Source: Leucoraja ocellata (lineage: Eukaryota). Taken from it: 64,000 nucleotides of DNA. The notes beneath the pieces are model-generated. The model did not search any database. It was not told the origin of the DNA and saw only the letters and a list, made by a program, of their open reading frames with translations. This document shows positions 11,506-25,381 of the stretch, one piece after another. The first letter of the stretch is position 1. Every line of letters starts with the position of its first letter. The stretch lies in assembly GCA_036785375.1 (NCBI GenBank), contig JAWMAR010000384.1, forward strand, positions 868,001 to 932,000, written 5' to 3'. A program made the translations under genes and the position numbers.

Positions 11506-13095
11506 CCGGATTTTTTCCATTACGTTAGAGATTTCACTTTGCATTCCAAGTATCCATTCCATAAATTTCGTCGTGTTTATGTACACATTTTTAATAAAAT
11601 CCTTCTCCCCCCAACCCACCAAATTAAAAAAAAAACAGCTCTCACCCATAGAATGTTGTTGAACGTTCCATCAATGCCCAATGCTCACAGATGTCCAATC
11701 GGAATGGATCAATTTACATATGCCTTTGCAGCAGCCCCAGCCCCAGCCCCTCCCCCCACCCCCGCAGCCAGTGTCGAAGCGCGTCATCACGTGTGTGGGA
11801 ATAGAGAAAGGGGATTGGGGGTCATAGGGAAAGGGGAACAGATGGACTTCCCTACCCCTCCCCCTTCCACTCTCCGTCCCACTATTTCCCCTCTCTCCCC
11901 CTAACCCTCTCCCCTCACTCCATACTCTCCCCCTCCCTCCCTTACCCCATCTCCCTCGTCCCCTCCCTCCCCAGTCTTACACTTATCTCCCCCACCCACC
12001 CCCCATCCCCCACTTCTCCCCATCTCCCTCCACCACCCCTCTCTCTCCCCCCTCCCTTGTCCCTCCCTCCCCACTCTTCCCCGTCTCTCCGCTCTCCCCC
12101 TCCATCCACATTTCCCCCCTCTCTACCCCCTACCCCTCTCCCCTCCCTCCACACTCTTCCATCTCTCCCTCCTCCCTCCCCTCCATCCTCCCCTCCCTCT
12201 CTCCTCTCTCCGCCTCTCCCATCATCTTCCTCTCCGCCCCACCCTCTCTCTCACCCCCTCCCACACCCATCTCCTCCTCCCTTTCCCCCTCTCTCCCCTC
12301 TCCCTCTCTCCTCACCCCCTCCCTCCTCCCCTCCAACGCCAACCCCCACCCCTCTCTAACCCACCTCTACCCCTACCCACCTCTGCCTCTTCCACCACTC
12401 CCCCTACCCCTCTGCCCATCTTCCGCACTCTTATCCTCCCCCTCCCTCACCACTATTCCCCCTCTCTCCCCCTCCCTCACCACTGTTCCCCCGCCCCCCT
12501 TCCACTCTCCCCCTCCCTCCACACTCTTCCCCCTCTCCCTCCTCCTTCCCCTACCTCCTCCCCCTCCTCCCTCCTCCTCCCTCTCTCCCCTTCCCCCACC
12601 CTTCTCTCCCCCTCCCCCACCCCTCTCTCATCCCCTCCCCCACCCCACCCCACTCTCCTCCTCCCCTTCACCCCTCTCTCCTCACCCTCTCCCTCCTCCC
12701 CTCCCACCCCTTCCTCACTTCTCTTAACCCCCATCTCCCCCCCACCCCCTCTCTCTTGCACCAATCCCCGCTATCCCTCTCCCACCCCCTACCCCCCCCC
12801 CCCCGTCCTGACCTCCCCGCTCTCCTCCCACTCCCCACTCTCCTCCCCCTTCCCATCCCCCTCTCTCTTCCCCTACCCCGCTCTGCTCTCCCTCCCAAAT
12901 CTCTCCCGTTTCCTCCTCCCCCTCTCCCCTCCCTACCCTCCCTCCCCTCTTCTTACCCACCCCCTCTCCCCACCCCGTCTCCCCCTCTCCCCCTCCCCTG
13001 TGTGTTTGGGGGGTGGTTAGTGTGAGTGTGTTGCCCCAGCCCCCCCCCCCCCCCCCTCTTCCCCCGCAAACGCGCGTTGGGGAAACTTGGTCTAG
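11503..13095 (+). mobile_element. 5'-deleted Helitron copy with expanded C-rich tract
   Basis: Homologous to 37980-38728; ends CTAG|T but the hairpin is deleted. Confidence 0.7.
11850..13000. repeat. C/T-rich polypyrimidine low-complexity tract
   Basis: About 1.1 kb of almost only C/T runs; shorter versions near 25095, 38340, 49985, 63300. Confidence 0.9.
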
Positions 13096-13365
13096 TATAA
13101 TATTAAAACTCTGTGGCTGGCTGCTGGCTGGCTGTGTTTCTGCCTGACTTGTGGTTCCAGCCCGTGGCTGCCAGCCTTTGATTCGTTGCTACGCCAACAC
13201 CAGACCCACAAACGCCTAGAATGTTTCCATTTCGGTAGAGATTTCACTTTCATTCCAAGTATCCTCTCCTGATTAAATTTCGTCGTGTTTATGTACACAT
13301 TTTAAATAAAATCCTTCTTCCCCGCCCCCTCCCCCGCCCCCCCAACGGGTCTGCACTTGGTCTAG
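13096..13365 (+). mobile_element. Short internally deleted Helitron copy in tandem (also 63693-63959)
   Basis: Same head sequence (ATTAAAACTCTGTGGCTGG...) and same CCCAACGGGTCTGCACTTGGTCTAG|T end. Confidence 0.7.
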
Positions 13366-16300
13366 TTTAAATTAAAACCACCTGTTCGGCAGTGGCAAAC
13401 CTGCCTGCCAGAATGCTGGTCCCCCGTCTGTTAAAGTGCAATCCGTCCCTTTTGTACAGTTCCCCCTTATTCCAAAACACATCTCAGTGGTCTAAGAATC
13501 TAAATCCCTGCCCCTGCACCTGTTCCTCAGCCATACATTCAGGTCCCGTATCTCCCTGTTCCTGCTCTCGCCAGCACGAGGAACTGGAAGCAAACCGAAG
13601 ATAACCATCCTGGAGGTTTCAGCATTTTCAGCAATTTTCCGAGTTCTCCAAAACGAAACAGACCTTAACCAACATTAGATACAACATGCTGGAGTGACTC
13701 AGCGGGACAGGCAACATCTCTGGACAGAAGGAATTTGTGACCTTTCCGGTCGAGACCCTGCTTCAGACCGGAAACGTCACCCATTCCTTCTATCTAGAGA
13801 CGTTTCCTGTCCCGCTGCGTTACTCGAGCATTTTGTATCGATCTTCGATTTAAACCAGCATCTGCAGTTCCTTCCTACACGTTAACTAACACTGTCGGTT
13901 TATTGAATCCCTATCCATTGATTTATTTTGGGGATTAATGTGTTGTTGGCCAGAAACTGCATCGATTTCCTATCCCTATCTTTTGCTCTAATACCCTTAG
14001 TGAAGATAAGTCGCTTTACTTAGGAGTCCAGGGCCGAAGTATTATATAATATAGTTTATTAAAGTAGGCGAGGGGACGTTTGAAGGGGCACACTTTGCAT
14101 GTCTTTTTTAAACAGAAAGTGTGCAACGCTTTGCTAGAAGAAGCGGTGTAAGTAGATACCCAGCAAGGTTCAAGAGGCATTTAGGCAAACACGTGAACAG
14201 ATAGGGAATGGAGGGATATAAACATTATATATGGCAGGCAGATGACATTGGCATTAGGTTCGCACAGACATTGTGGGCCATCGTGGATAGATCTGAAGTT
14301 ATGACACTGACATCGTGTTTAACAGCATTCACGCGGATGATGAGCGAGAGAGGGCCGACAGCATTTATACATGGCATGAGCGTAAGTTCATGATTTTCTC
14401 GCCGGTCCAGGCGCTCACACATAGACATCTTCGAAAGGCAACGGTAAAATATTGTAATGACATTACGAGACAGGAGAAAATGCGGCCTTTTGGGTCAGTA
14501 CCTGCCACAGAGGGCAGTGGAGGCCAAATCACTGGATGGATTTCAGAGAGAGTTAGAGCTCTAGAGGCTAGTGGAATTCAGGGAAGGCAGGCACGGGTTA
14601 TTGTTTGGGGCCGATCAGCCATGCTCTCATTGAATGGCGGTGCTGGCTCGAAGGGCCGAATGGCCTCCTTCTGCACCTATTTTCTATGTTTCTATGTTTC
14701 TATGAAAAGATTCAGAACAAATGTGACCCGATATCGATGACCAGGCAAAGGTGGAGCTCACAATGGATAACCAGGACACTACTGGAACGGAAGGAAAAGG
14801 CAAGGCCGGGAAGACTCAAATCTTTGTTTTTGGCTCCTTCATAAAAATTACAAGCCGCAGAAGAAATTGGGAAGAAAATGGGCATGATAATGGCAGCTCG
14901 AGAGTTATCGGAATTGTTTCCTTTGAACAGGGAATGTATAGTGGTGATTTGAATGAGGGGCATAGTCAAGGCGTTTGAATTGACCATTTTTTCCCGAGTG
15001 AAAGTAGGCTCAGTATTTACAGATTTAGAGGAATTGCCAAAATAACTAACGATCAGGTGAGCAATTGCAGATATGTGACCATTTATTCGAATCAGCAAAA
15101 AATGCATACAATCCGGATCATTTAGAAAAGATAAGACAAATAATGAGATCATGGCTGAAATTTACAAAGTTCTTAGGGGGTTGGACAGGCTAGATGCAGG
15201 AAGATTGTTCCCGACGTTGGGGAGGTCCAGGATAGGGAGTCACAGTTTAAGGAAAGGAGGGAAATCTTTTGGGACCGAGATGAGGAAAACATGTTTTCAC
15301 ACATCTCTGGAATCTCTGGAACTCTCTGCCACATAAGGTAGTTGAGGCCAGTTCATTGGCTATATGTAAGAGGGAGTTAGATGTGGCCCTTGTGGCTAAA
15401 GGGATCAGGGGGTATGGAGAGAAGGCAGGTACAGGGTACTGAGTTGGATGATCAGCCATGATCATATTGAAAGGCGGTGCAGGCTCGAAGGGCCGAATGG
15501 CCCACTTCTGCACCTATTTTCTATGTTTTTATGTTTCTATAAAGCTGGAGTAAATTAACGGGTCAGACAGCATCTCTGGAAAAAAATGAATAGATGACAT
15601 TTCGGATCGAGACCTTTCTTCAAACAGGCTGAAGAAGGGTCTCGCCCCAAAACGTCACCGATTCCTTTTCTCCAGAGATGCTTTCTGACCCGCTGATTTA
15701 CTCCAGATGTTTGTGTCTATCTTTGCTTTAAACCAGTATCTGCAACTCCTTCCCATTCATTAAGACTTAAGCCCAGGTTGCTCATGTAACGTGAAAATAA
15801 TTGGGAATAAAGCTTGGAATAAGTGAAAAGCGATTTGTGGCAGAGGTCAGGGGTTTGTCCGTGACTGATTGTCCTCTAACTATAGCATATAGTTACCTCA
15901 TTGTTCACTATTAACCCCGCCCCCGTCCTATTCTCACTCCCCCCCCCCCCCCCCCCTCTCTCTCTCTCTCTCTCCCACCCCTCGCTCTCTTTCTGCTCGT
16001 GTCTATATGAAGCTGCCGTGCACTCATCGCATCTTTCTGTAGATATTATCTTGCATTATTGAGAGTGTTGTTACCCAGTTCCAGTGTAATACCACCGTGA
16101 GACACGTACACGCCACATACAAACTCAGTGGCAGTTCTGCTAACGCCAATAATCACCCCGTTTCTTTAAAGCTGACAGTATTTAAAATCAGAAGAAATAA
16201 AGAAGAAATAAGGTGTAATGTTTGTAAATATTTAAATACAAACCCCGTCACCGATTAGTGTGAAGGTCACGGTCTTCTGTGATGAAGGATGGAGGTGCCA

Positions 16301-17034
16301 TGCTTAGTGCGAGGGGTGTAAAGTGCAGGTGCGAACAACCCATCAGTTTACAGAAACCTGCTGATATGTTGGGAATTAATGGCGTTTCCAAATTTCCAGA
16401 TTTCCACGTATGCACACGTATTTTATTTAATTATGTAGCGGTGCACCTTGTGAACAAAGACACATTTAACAAACCTGAACGCACGAGGCTGGTAGGGACG
16501 ATTTTGATTGTTTTTTTTAAACAGCCTGAAACGTCTAATCTATTTCTCACTTCCCACATACCGCCCGACTTACTGAGTATGAACAGTATTTTCTGTTTAT
16601 TTATGTGATAATTTTGGGTTTAAGACCACGTTTGCCCTGCTTGGTTTATACGGTTCTTTGGCTGAATCATGTTGCACAAGAAGTGACAAAGCGCTGTAGA
16701 ACGCGTGGTATAAATGGACGAGTGGCTCACGACTGTTGTACGATTGTAATTAGTGATCGAAATAGAGAACGAAAATCAGTGTTGCTAGCTCAAATCTACG
16801 AGACAACACAACCCGTGTTAAGCCATAATGGTTCGGGTCACAAATAAAACTGAGGGAATCAACAATGCATTTGAAATGCGTTTTTTAAACTTTATTCAAC
16901 GGCTACAAAGATACCATGGGTACAATAACAACATCCATGCTGTTGGATAACGCAATTGAATCTATTTGATGCTTCATTCAAGAACGACATTCTTTCGAAA
17001 AAACTACATTTAAAGTGAACAAGTCATAAAAATG

Positions 17035-17315
17035 TCATAAAGCCGGGTGTTTAACCACACAGGAGTAAAGGTCGTGTAAGTTCCAGTCTGAGGCTGTCAG
17101 AGTCAGGTAACTGCTGAGACTGAACGTGTTGTCCTTATCCTGCTGGATCGGGCTGGTCTCAACGTCGCTATTTCTTGCACTGCCGTCGACTGTCCACTCA
17201 ACGGCCACCGAGCCCGGATTAAAGCCGTTCACCAAACACACCAGGGTGGCTGTGCCCTTTGAGGTAACTTCATCGGCTGAAGGCGGCAGGACCGTCACGA
17301 TCGGTGCCCGAGGAT
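17035..17315 (-). pseudogene. IGLC: Ig light chain cluster 2, 3'-truncated constant exon (probable pseudogene or atypical chain)
   Basis: Ends YSCVVKHPAL*; ~176-bp deletion removes the last beta strand, terminal Cys, native stop and part of the 3' UTR. Confidence 0.8.
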
Positions 17316-18000
17316 CTGTTTAATAAGAAGTCACATTTAATTGGAGAAATGCTGTCGTTGAGATATCATTATTTACCGAAAATACATCTCATTAAAGCAC
17401 TCATTTCTTCATTTATAGAAATGTCGTTTTATTCTCGACCTATTTCAAACCATTATAATGTGTTTATTGTAATTGGGTGAACAATAAATAAAGTGCGTGA
17501 AAGCAACTAAAATAGATCCTGTCTACCCTCTGTATAAACACCGGGAAAACATCTGTGATAGATCATGGCTGCAGTATTTTATAAAACTGAATACATTATT
17601 ATAACTTTTATAATGTTCATTTTACTACACATTTCCGGATTTACATTTATTTAAATATATCAGCAGATATAAACGATTCGCGGTCGCGACATTTATAATA
17701 ACAGATTTAAACTTATTTAATTGTCGGCACCATTGAGATGGAGAGTGACGCTATTTAAGTTCGGCAAAAATATATGGAAACTAGTCTTCGAAGGCCACGG
17801 TCACCGATTCGCTTTCCCAGTCATTTCACTGAGTTATGTCCAAGTGACTCGGAACATCTGTACAGCAAGATCGCACCATCTGCACTGAAATACAACTGGC
17901 TCAATCACGCATCATGTGAACTCAGGACATTAAATCAAGCAATATCTGCATTAAAACAAAAAGAAAACAGCGCGCTGTTCGAAGAATATATTTTACTTAC

Positions 18001-18372
18001 CACCAATACCCAGCCTCGTTCCTTTACCGAAATGGAAACCACTATCCCATTTGGCACAGTAATAGTCAGCAGCATCCACCGATTGAACGCTAGATATTGC
18101 GAATGTTACAGAGCTGCCTGACACCGAGATGGAATAACGGTCTGGAATGTCCGTGCCTTTAGAAATGCTGCCGCTGCTAGAATAGTAGAATAGATACTTG
18201 GGAGTTTTGCCAGGAATCTGTTGGTACCACGAGACATAGTAAGCGCCTGAACTGGTACCCGATATGGTGCAGGGTATTTGAATGTTCTGTCCCGTAGAGG
18301 TGGACATCGAAAGCGGCTGAGTTACTGTAACAGCCGCGCTTATGTGAGTTACTGTAACAGCCGCGGTTATGT
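18001..18372 (-). CDS. IGLV: Ig light chain cluster 2, germline-joined VJ exon with in-frame 27-bp duplication
   Basis: Open frame, splice sites intact; 372 nt = 345+27; CDR3 AKWDSGFH. Confidence 0.9.
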
Positions 18373-18493
18373 CTGAGAAAGGAGAAATATCAGAAAAAAA
18401 AGAAAATTGTTAAGTTTGTTGAAGTGTGGGAGGTAATCCCAAATTAACGGTGAACAGAAATAAGTATAATGTCCAGGAAAGTAAAATACTCAC

Positions 18494-18542
18494 AAACTGC
18501 GCAAAACACCAACGCACCGACCACACGGATCCAATAAGACAT
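18494..18542 (-). CDS. Ig light chain cluster 2, leader exon
   Basis: Same 49-nt leader, ATG and GTGAGT donor intact. Confidence 0.9.
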
Positions 18543-21500
18543 GTTCATTAACCGACTGAGCTCCGATGGGGCGGCAGTTTCCAGGACAAGTGCCGTGTAA
18601 TCTTGCTCTCTGGCTCTCTTTATAAATGGAATGACGATATGTCACCGTGTGTTTAATTATCCAAACCAATCAAACCGGTATGCTCGTCGAAGCCAATCAG
18701 AAATTGCCAGATTCTTCCTCAAAATATTCGCCCCTGTGAAACACGCAGGTCTTATTTTAGAGACTTGTATTTCTAAAAAAGCTTCATACATCCAGCAGAA
18801 TGAAAAGGATTGTCACAGTTGTCCCTTCTTTATAAACAAGCAATCTATAATGTTCTGTATGAACCCTCCGCGTACATATACTAAACAGATTGCGAGTATT
18901 CAATGTTATATTCGGTAACTGTTTGATCCACAATGAAAACGGAATAGAAATATTTTATCTAAACGGACCAACTGAATCCGTATCGCTGATTTCCTTCGCT
19001 CCCTCACCCGCTGAGTTTCTCCAGCATTTTTGTCTACCTCCGTATCGCTGAACATAACATGATCACAGTCACAGCATCAGCACTGTTTTAGTAAATATCA
19101 CATTAAATCTATATTTAGATATCTTTGTCATTTTAGAAATGATAAACCCCACAGGCTGCCCTTCTACTTGTGTATCAGATCATTTAGAAAAGACCTGAGG
19201 GGACAGAACATCACTACAAATGTCAGTAAAGTAGCCGTTTTTGGGGGCTATTTTGACTACCCGACGTGTGTCGTGCTTGTAAAAGTGGTCTGTGATACTA
19301 TCCTGTTGTAATGCGCAGTAATTCACGACTCAAAGTGTAAAGGTTGCCTGTACCAAATCAATGCACATATGAGTGAAGTAAAAGGGGTCATATTGGCTCT
19401 CACCGCCTACTTCCAGAGTTCTTTCGGCTTTGAAGGAAGACAGGAATTCTATATACAGCACATCCATAGTCAATTAAAGTTGAATGGAACACGGGCACTC
19501 CAGCACGGGCACGGGCACGGGCAAAACTGACAAGGGAGAAACTTTGCAACGTGAACACGCGAAAGATTGCACTGGCTCATGGCTGTTCATTATTACCACC
19601 GCAAATGCCCATCCGCAGATGCTACATGATGCCCCATAGAGTCAATGAGAGTCAGTCATAGAGTGTGGAAACAGGCCCTTCGGCCCAACTTTCACACATC
19701 GACCAACGACTCATCTACACTCGTCCTACCTGCCCGTATTGGGTCCATATCCCTCCAAATCTGTCATATCCATTTACCTGTCTAACTGTTTTTTAAACGT
19801 TGGGATAGTCCCTGGCACAACTATCTCCTCTGGCTGCTTGTTCCATACTCCCACCACCCTCTGTGGGAAAAAGTTACCCCTCATATTCCTTTCTATTTAA
19901 AAACAAATCTTTTTATTGTTTTTTTCCCAAAAAGAGCAAAAATAAAACATAAAAAAGAGAACAAAAAGAACAATGATAAACATAACAATGGTATTGATAC
20001 ATAGGGACCAGGATTACATTAATAACAGATATAACCTGATATGGGACCAATGTCAAAATACACAATGAATCTAGACCTCCAGGTCTCTATGTTAATATAG
20101 TTAAATCTTTAAAAGGAAACGTGTAAATGTAAAAAAAAAGCACAAAAAGAAATAGACAAAAAAAGACTAAACTAATGAAAGAAAAAAAAGAGAAAATTTG
20201 ATAATAATAATAATAATAATAATAAAATACGCATAAAATAAAATAGTTTAAAAAAACAAAGCAAAGCAAACCCAAAACTGAACTGAGAATTTCAACAATG
20301 TAAGTCTGTTTGTCGTCATGTCTGTTCCACCCAATAGAGATAAAATATTTTTTATAACGGTTAAAGAGGGAGCAATTTATGTTGTATGAAAATGTTCAAT
20401 ACATTTTACCCAAGTCTTATCAAATTTAACCAAGGGTTCAACAGTGTCACTGCTGATTTTTTCAAAATTTAAACATTATATCGTTTCCGAATACCACTGG
20501 AGTGTGGTCGGAGGGTTGGGAGTCTTTCCATTTGAATAAAATAGATCTTCTGGTGATTAATGTGGTAAAAGCAATCAACCGATGGGCGGAGCGGGGCAAA
20601 TGATTAGAATCTAACATTGGCAGCCCAAAAATTGCAGTAATTCCAGTTTGTAAACCTATGCCTAAGACTACAGAAATAGTAACAAAAAATTATTTCCAAT
20701 ATTTTTCCAAAGAAGGGCAGGACCAAAACATATGGGTCAGTGAGGCCACTTCAGATTTACATCTGTCACAGGTAGGATTCATATGACCATAAAAACGAGT
20801 TAACTTATCTTTTGACATATGAGCTATGTGAACCACCTTGACTTGTATCAAAGCGTGTCTTGCACACATTGAATAGGAACCCCTCAGATTCCTATTAAAT
20901 CTTTGCCCGTCACCATGAACCCGGTCCTCCTCTGGGCAAGGGACTATACATCCACCCGATCTATTCCTCTCACGACCCTATACACCTCTATGAGGTTTCC
21001 CTTCAACTTCTGCGCTCCAAAGAATAGAGACCCAGCCTACTCAACCCCTCCCTATACCTCAGTCATGGCAACATCCTCGTAAATCTTCTCTGTACCATTT
21101 CCAGCTTGTCGAAATCTTTCCTATACGGGTGCCCAGACTGAATTCAATACTCTACATGTGACGTCACCAACGTCTTATACATCTGCAACAAGACCTCCCA
21201 ACCTCGATACTCATTACTCTGGCTGATGAAGGCCAATGTGCCAAAAGCCTTTTTGACCACCCGATCTACCGTCGACTGCGTAGGTCCTGCCTATGTTAGA
21301 TTCCCAAAATGCAACAGTTCACATTTCTCTGCATTAAATTCCATCAACCATTCCTCAGCCTACCTGGCCAATTGATCCAGAACCTGCTGCACTTTTTTTC
21401 ACAACCATCTCAGCTATCTGCAAAACCTCCCACGTTTGTATCATCTGAAAACTTGCTAATCTTACCAAGTATGATCCCATTCAAAGCATTGATATAGATG

Positions 21501-24500
21501 ACAATCATTAACGGGCCCAGAACCGAACCCTGAGGCACACCCCGTGTTACTCCAGCACTTTGTGTTTTATCATGATTCCAGCATCCGCAGTTCCTTGTGT
21601 CTCTGTGTTCCCACTTTGGATGGGCAATAAATACTGCGTTTCCAAAGACTCAATCATCATACAAATGAATAACTTTGATGAATTAGATGTGTCTAAGTTA
21701 GATAGAAACAAAGAAAATAGGTGCAGGAGGAGGCCATTTGGCCCTTTAAGCCTGCATCGCTATTCATTGTGATCATGGCTGATCATCCACAATCAGTAAC
21801 CCGCGCCTGCGTGTTCCCCATAACCCTTGATTCCGCTAGCCCCGAGAGCTCTATCTAACTTTTAAATTCGTCCAGTGAATTGGCCTTTACGGCCTTCTGT
21901 GGCAGAGTATTCCACAAATACACAACTGTCTGGGTGAAAAAACTTTCTCCTCTCAATAAATGGCCTCCACTTTATTCTTAGATTGTGGCCTCTGGTTCTG
22001 GGCTCCCCCATCATTAGGAACATTTTTCCTGCGACTAGCTTGTCAGTTCTTTTATAATTGTATACGTTTCTATAAGATGCCCCCTCATCCTTCTAAATAC
22101 CAGTGAATACAAGCCCTATTTTTCCAATCTTTCCTCATATGAGATTTCCGCCATCCCAGGGATTAACCTCTTAAACCTACGCTGCACTGCCTCAATAGCA
22201 AGGATGTCCTTCCTCAAATTAGGAGACCGAAACTGCACACAATACTCGAGATGTGGTCTCACCAGGGCCTTGTACAACTGCACAAGGATATCTTTACTCC
22301 TCTACTCAAAACCTCTCGTTATGAAGGCCAGCGCCTCATTAGCTTTCTTCACTGCCTGCTGTATCTGCATGTTTTCTTTAATTGACTGGTGTATATGGAC
22401 ATTCAGGTCTCGCTGCACTTCCATTTTTCCTAATCTGACACCATTGAGATTCGATTGAAATTTGCCTCCTTGTTCTTGCTACCAAAATGGATAAACTCAC
22501 AATTGTCTACATTATACTGCATCTGCCTTGCATCTGCCCACTCACTCAACCTGTCCAAGTCACCCTGCAACCTCCTAGCCTCCTCTTCGCCGTTCACAAT
22601 GCCACCCAACTTTGTGTCATCTGCAAATTTGCTAGTGTTACTTTTAATCTCATCATCTAAATCATTAATATATATATTGTAAATAGTTGCGGCCCCAACA
22701 CTGAGCCTTGCGGCACTCCACTCGCCTCTGCCGGCCATTCTGGCAGGGACCCGTTTATTCCTACTCTTTGTTTCCTGTTTCCAAACCAATCCTCTACCCA
22801 TGTCAATGCCATGTCAAAGATTGAGCAGAGTGCATTGACGAAGGATTGTTTAAAGTTGAACAGTCAAGAAAGTGGTCAAGGTGTACGAACAAAACAGCGT
22901 TGACCCCGCTGAACTTCCAGATGTCTATTGGGATATCTCAATTTCATTCTGAGAGACATCCGAGACTATCTCGGCCCTTGCTTTAATAACTGGCTTACTG
23001 TTACTTGAGTACAAAGAAGAACAACTAGTTTTAAAACTGAGTTTACTTTTGTTTCGAGATCAGATGTATTCATTGTATAAATGAATGTTTCGATCCACCT
23101 CATGGAACTCATCTTCATGAGAAGTGGGTGACAGTGTGAGGTGTGAGGAAGGTGGTATGGGGTTGTAGCGTGACTTGGATATAGGTTGGGTGAGCGGACT
23201 ATGTCCCTCATTCAAATCGCCATTATACCTTCCCTGTTCAAAGGGACCAATTCCGTTACTCTCGAGCTGCCATTATCATGCCCAATTTCTTCTCAATTTC
23301 TTCTGCGGCTTGTAATTTTTCTTACGGAGCCAACAGCAGACATTTGAGTCTTCCCGGCCATGCCTTTTTCTCCCGATTCCCTAGTGTCCTGGTTGTTCAT
23401 TGTGAGCTCCACCTTTCCCTGATCGTCGATGTCGGGTCTCATTTGTTCTGAATCTTTTCATAGAAACATAGAAACATAGAAACTATGTGCAGAAGGAGGC
23501 CATTCGGCCCTTCGAGCCAGCACCGCCATTCATTGCGATCTTAGCTGATCGTCCCCAATCAATAACACGTGCCTGCCTTCTCCCCATATCCCTTGATTCC
23601 ACTAGCCTCTAGAGCTCTATCTTACTCTCTCTTAAATCCATCCAGTGATTTGGCCTCCACTGCCCTCTGTGACAGGGAATTTCACAAATTCACAACTCTC
23701 TGGGTGAAAATCTTTTTTTCTCACCTCAGTCTTAAATGGCCTCCAAGACTGTGGCCCCTGGTTCTGGACTGGCCCAGCATTGGGAACATTTTTCCTGCAT
23801 CTAGCTTGTGCAGTCCTTTTTATAATTGTATATGTTTCTATAAGATACCACCTCATCCTTCTAAACTCCAGCGAATACAAGCCTAGTATTTTCAATCTTT
23901 CCTCACAGGACAGTCCCGCCATCCCAGGGATCAATCTCGTGAATCTACGCTGCATTGCTTCAATCACAAGGATGTCCTTCCTCAGATTAGGAGACCAAAA
24001 CTGTACGCAATACTCCAGATGTGGTCTTACCAGAGCCCTATACAACTGCAGAAGAACCTCTTTACTCCTATACTGAAATTCTCTTGTTATGAAGGCCAAC
24101 ATTAGCTTTCTTCACTACCTGCTGTACCTGCACGCTAGCTTTCGGTGACTGGTGTACAAAGACGCCCAGGTCTCGCTGCACCTCCCCCTTAACTAACCTG
24201 ACCCCATAGAGATAATAATCTTCTCCCTTGTTGTTGCCGCCGAAGTGGATAACCTCACATTTATCTATATTATACTGCATCTGCCACGCATCTGCCCACT
24301 CACTCAACCTGTCCAGGTCACCCTGCAACCACCTAACATCCTCTTCACAGTTCACACTGCCAACCAGCTTTGTGTCATTATCAAAGGCTTTCTGAATGTC
24401 TAGATATACTAAATCCACTGGCTCCCCTTCATCCATTTTACTTGTCATATCCTCAAAAAATTCCAGAAGATTAGTCAAGGATGATTTCCCTTTCATAAAT

Positions 24501-24725
24501 CCATGTTGACTTGGACTAATCCCTTTACTGCTATCCAAATGCCCCATTATTACTTATTTAATAATTGACTCCAGCATCTTTCCCACCACCGAAGTCAGGC
24601 TAACTGGTCTGTAATTCCCCGTTTTCTCTCTCACTCCTTTCTTGAAAAGTGGGATAACATTAGCAATCCTCCAATCCACAGGAACTGATCCTCAATCTAT
24701 TGAACATTGGAAAATGATCACCAGT

Positions 24726-25381
24726 GCGCCCAGATTTTTTCCATTTCGGTAGAGAATTCACTTTTCATTCCAAGTATCCACTCCATACATTTCGTCGTGT
24801 TTATGAACACATTTTTAATAAAATCCTTCTCCCCCCCCCCCCCCCCCCCGCCCCGACAATAAAAAAAAACAGCTCTCACCCATAGAATGTTGTTGAACTT
24901 TCCATCGTGTGATGTCACAATTCCCAATGCTCACAAATGTGCAATCGGAATGGATCAATTTACATATGCCTTTGCAGCAGCCCCAGCCCCAGCCCCTCCC
25001 CCCACCCCCGCAGCTTGTGTCGAAGCGCGTCATCACGTGTGTGGGAATAGAAACAGAGGATTGGGGGTGATAGGGAATTGGGAACAGATGGACTTCCCTA
25101 CCCCTCCCCTTTCCACACTCCCTCCCCACTATTTCCCATCTCCCCCCCCCACCCCTCTCCCCCTCACTCCATACTCTCCCCTCCCTCCCCTACCCCATCT
25201 ACCTCCTTCCCTCCCTCCGCAGTCTTACACTTATCTCCCCCCACCCCCCATCCCCCACTCCTCCCCATCTCCCTCCCCCACCCCCCTCTCTACCCCCTAC
25301 CCCTGGTTAGTGGTTAGTGTGAGTGTGATGCCCCAGCCCCCCCCCCCCCCTCTTCCCCCAACGGGTCTGCACTTGGTCTAG
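24726..25381 (+). mobile_element. 5'-deleted Helitron copy
   Basis: Homologous body and C-rich tract, CTAG at 25378-25381. Confidence 0.7.

Noticed and set aside
11942-13025. Pro-rich and Gly/Glu/Arg-rich ORFs
   Set aside because: Artefacts of the C-rich low-complexity tract; frames not conserved between units
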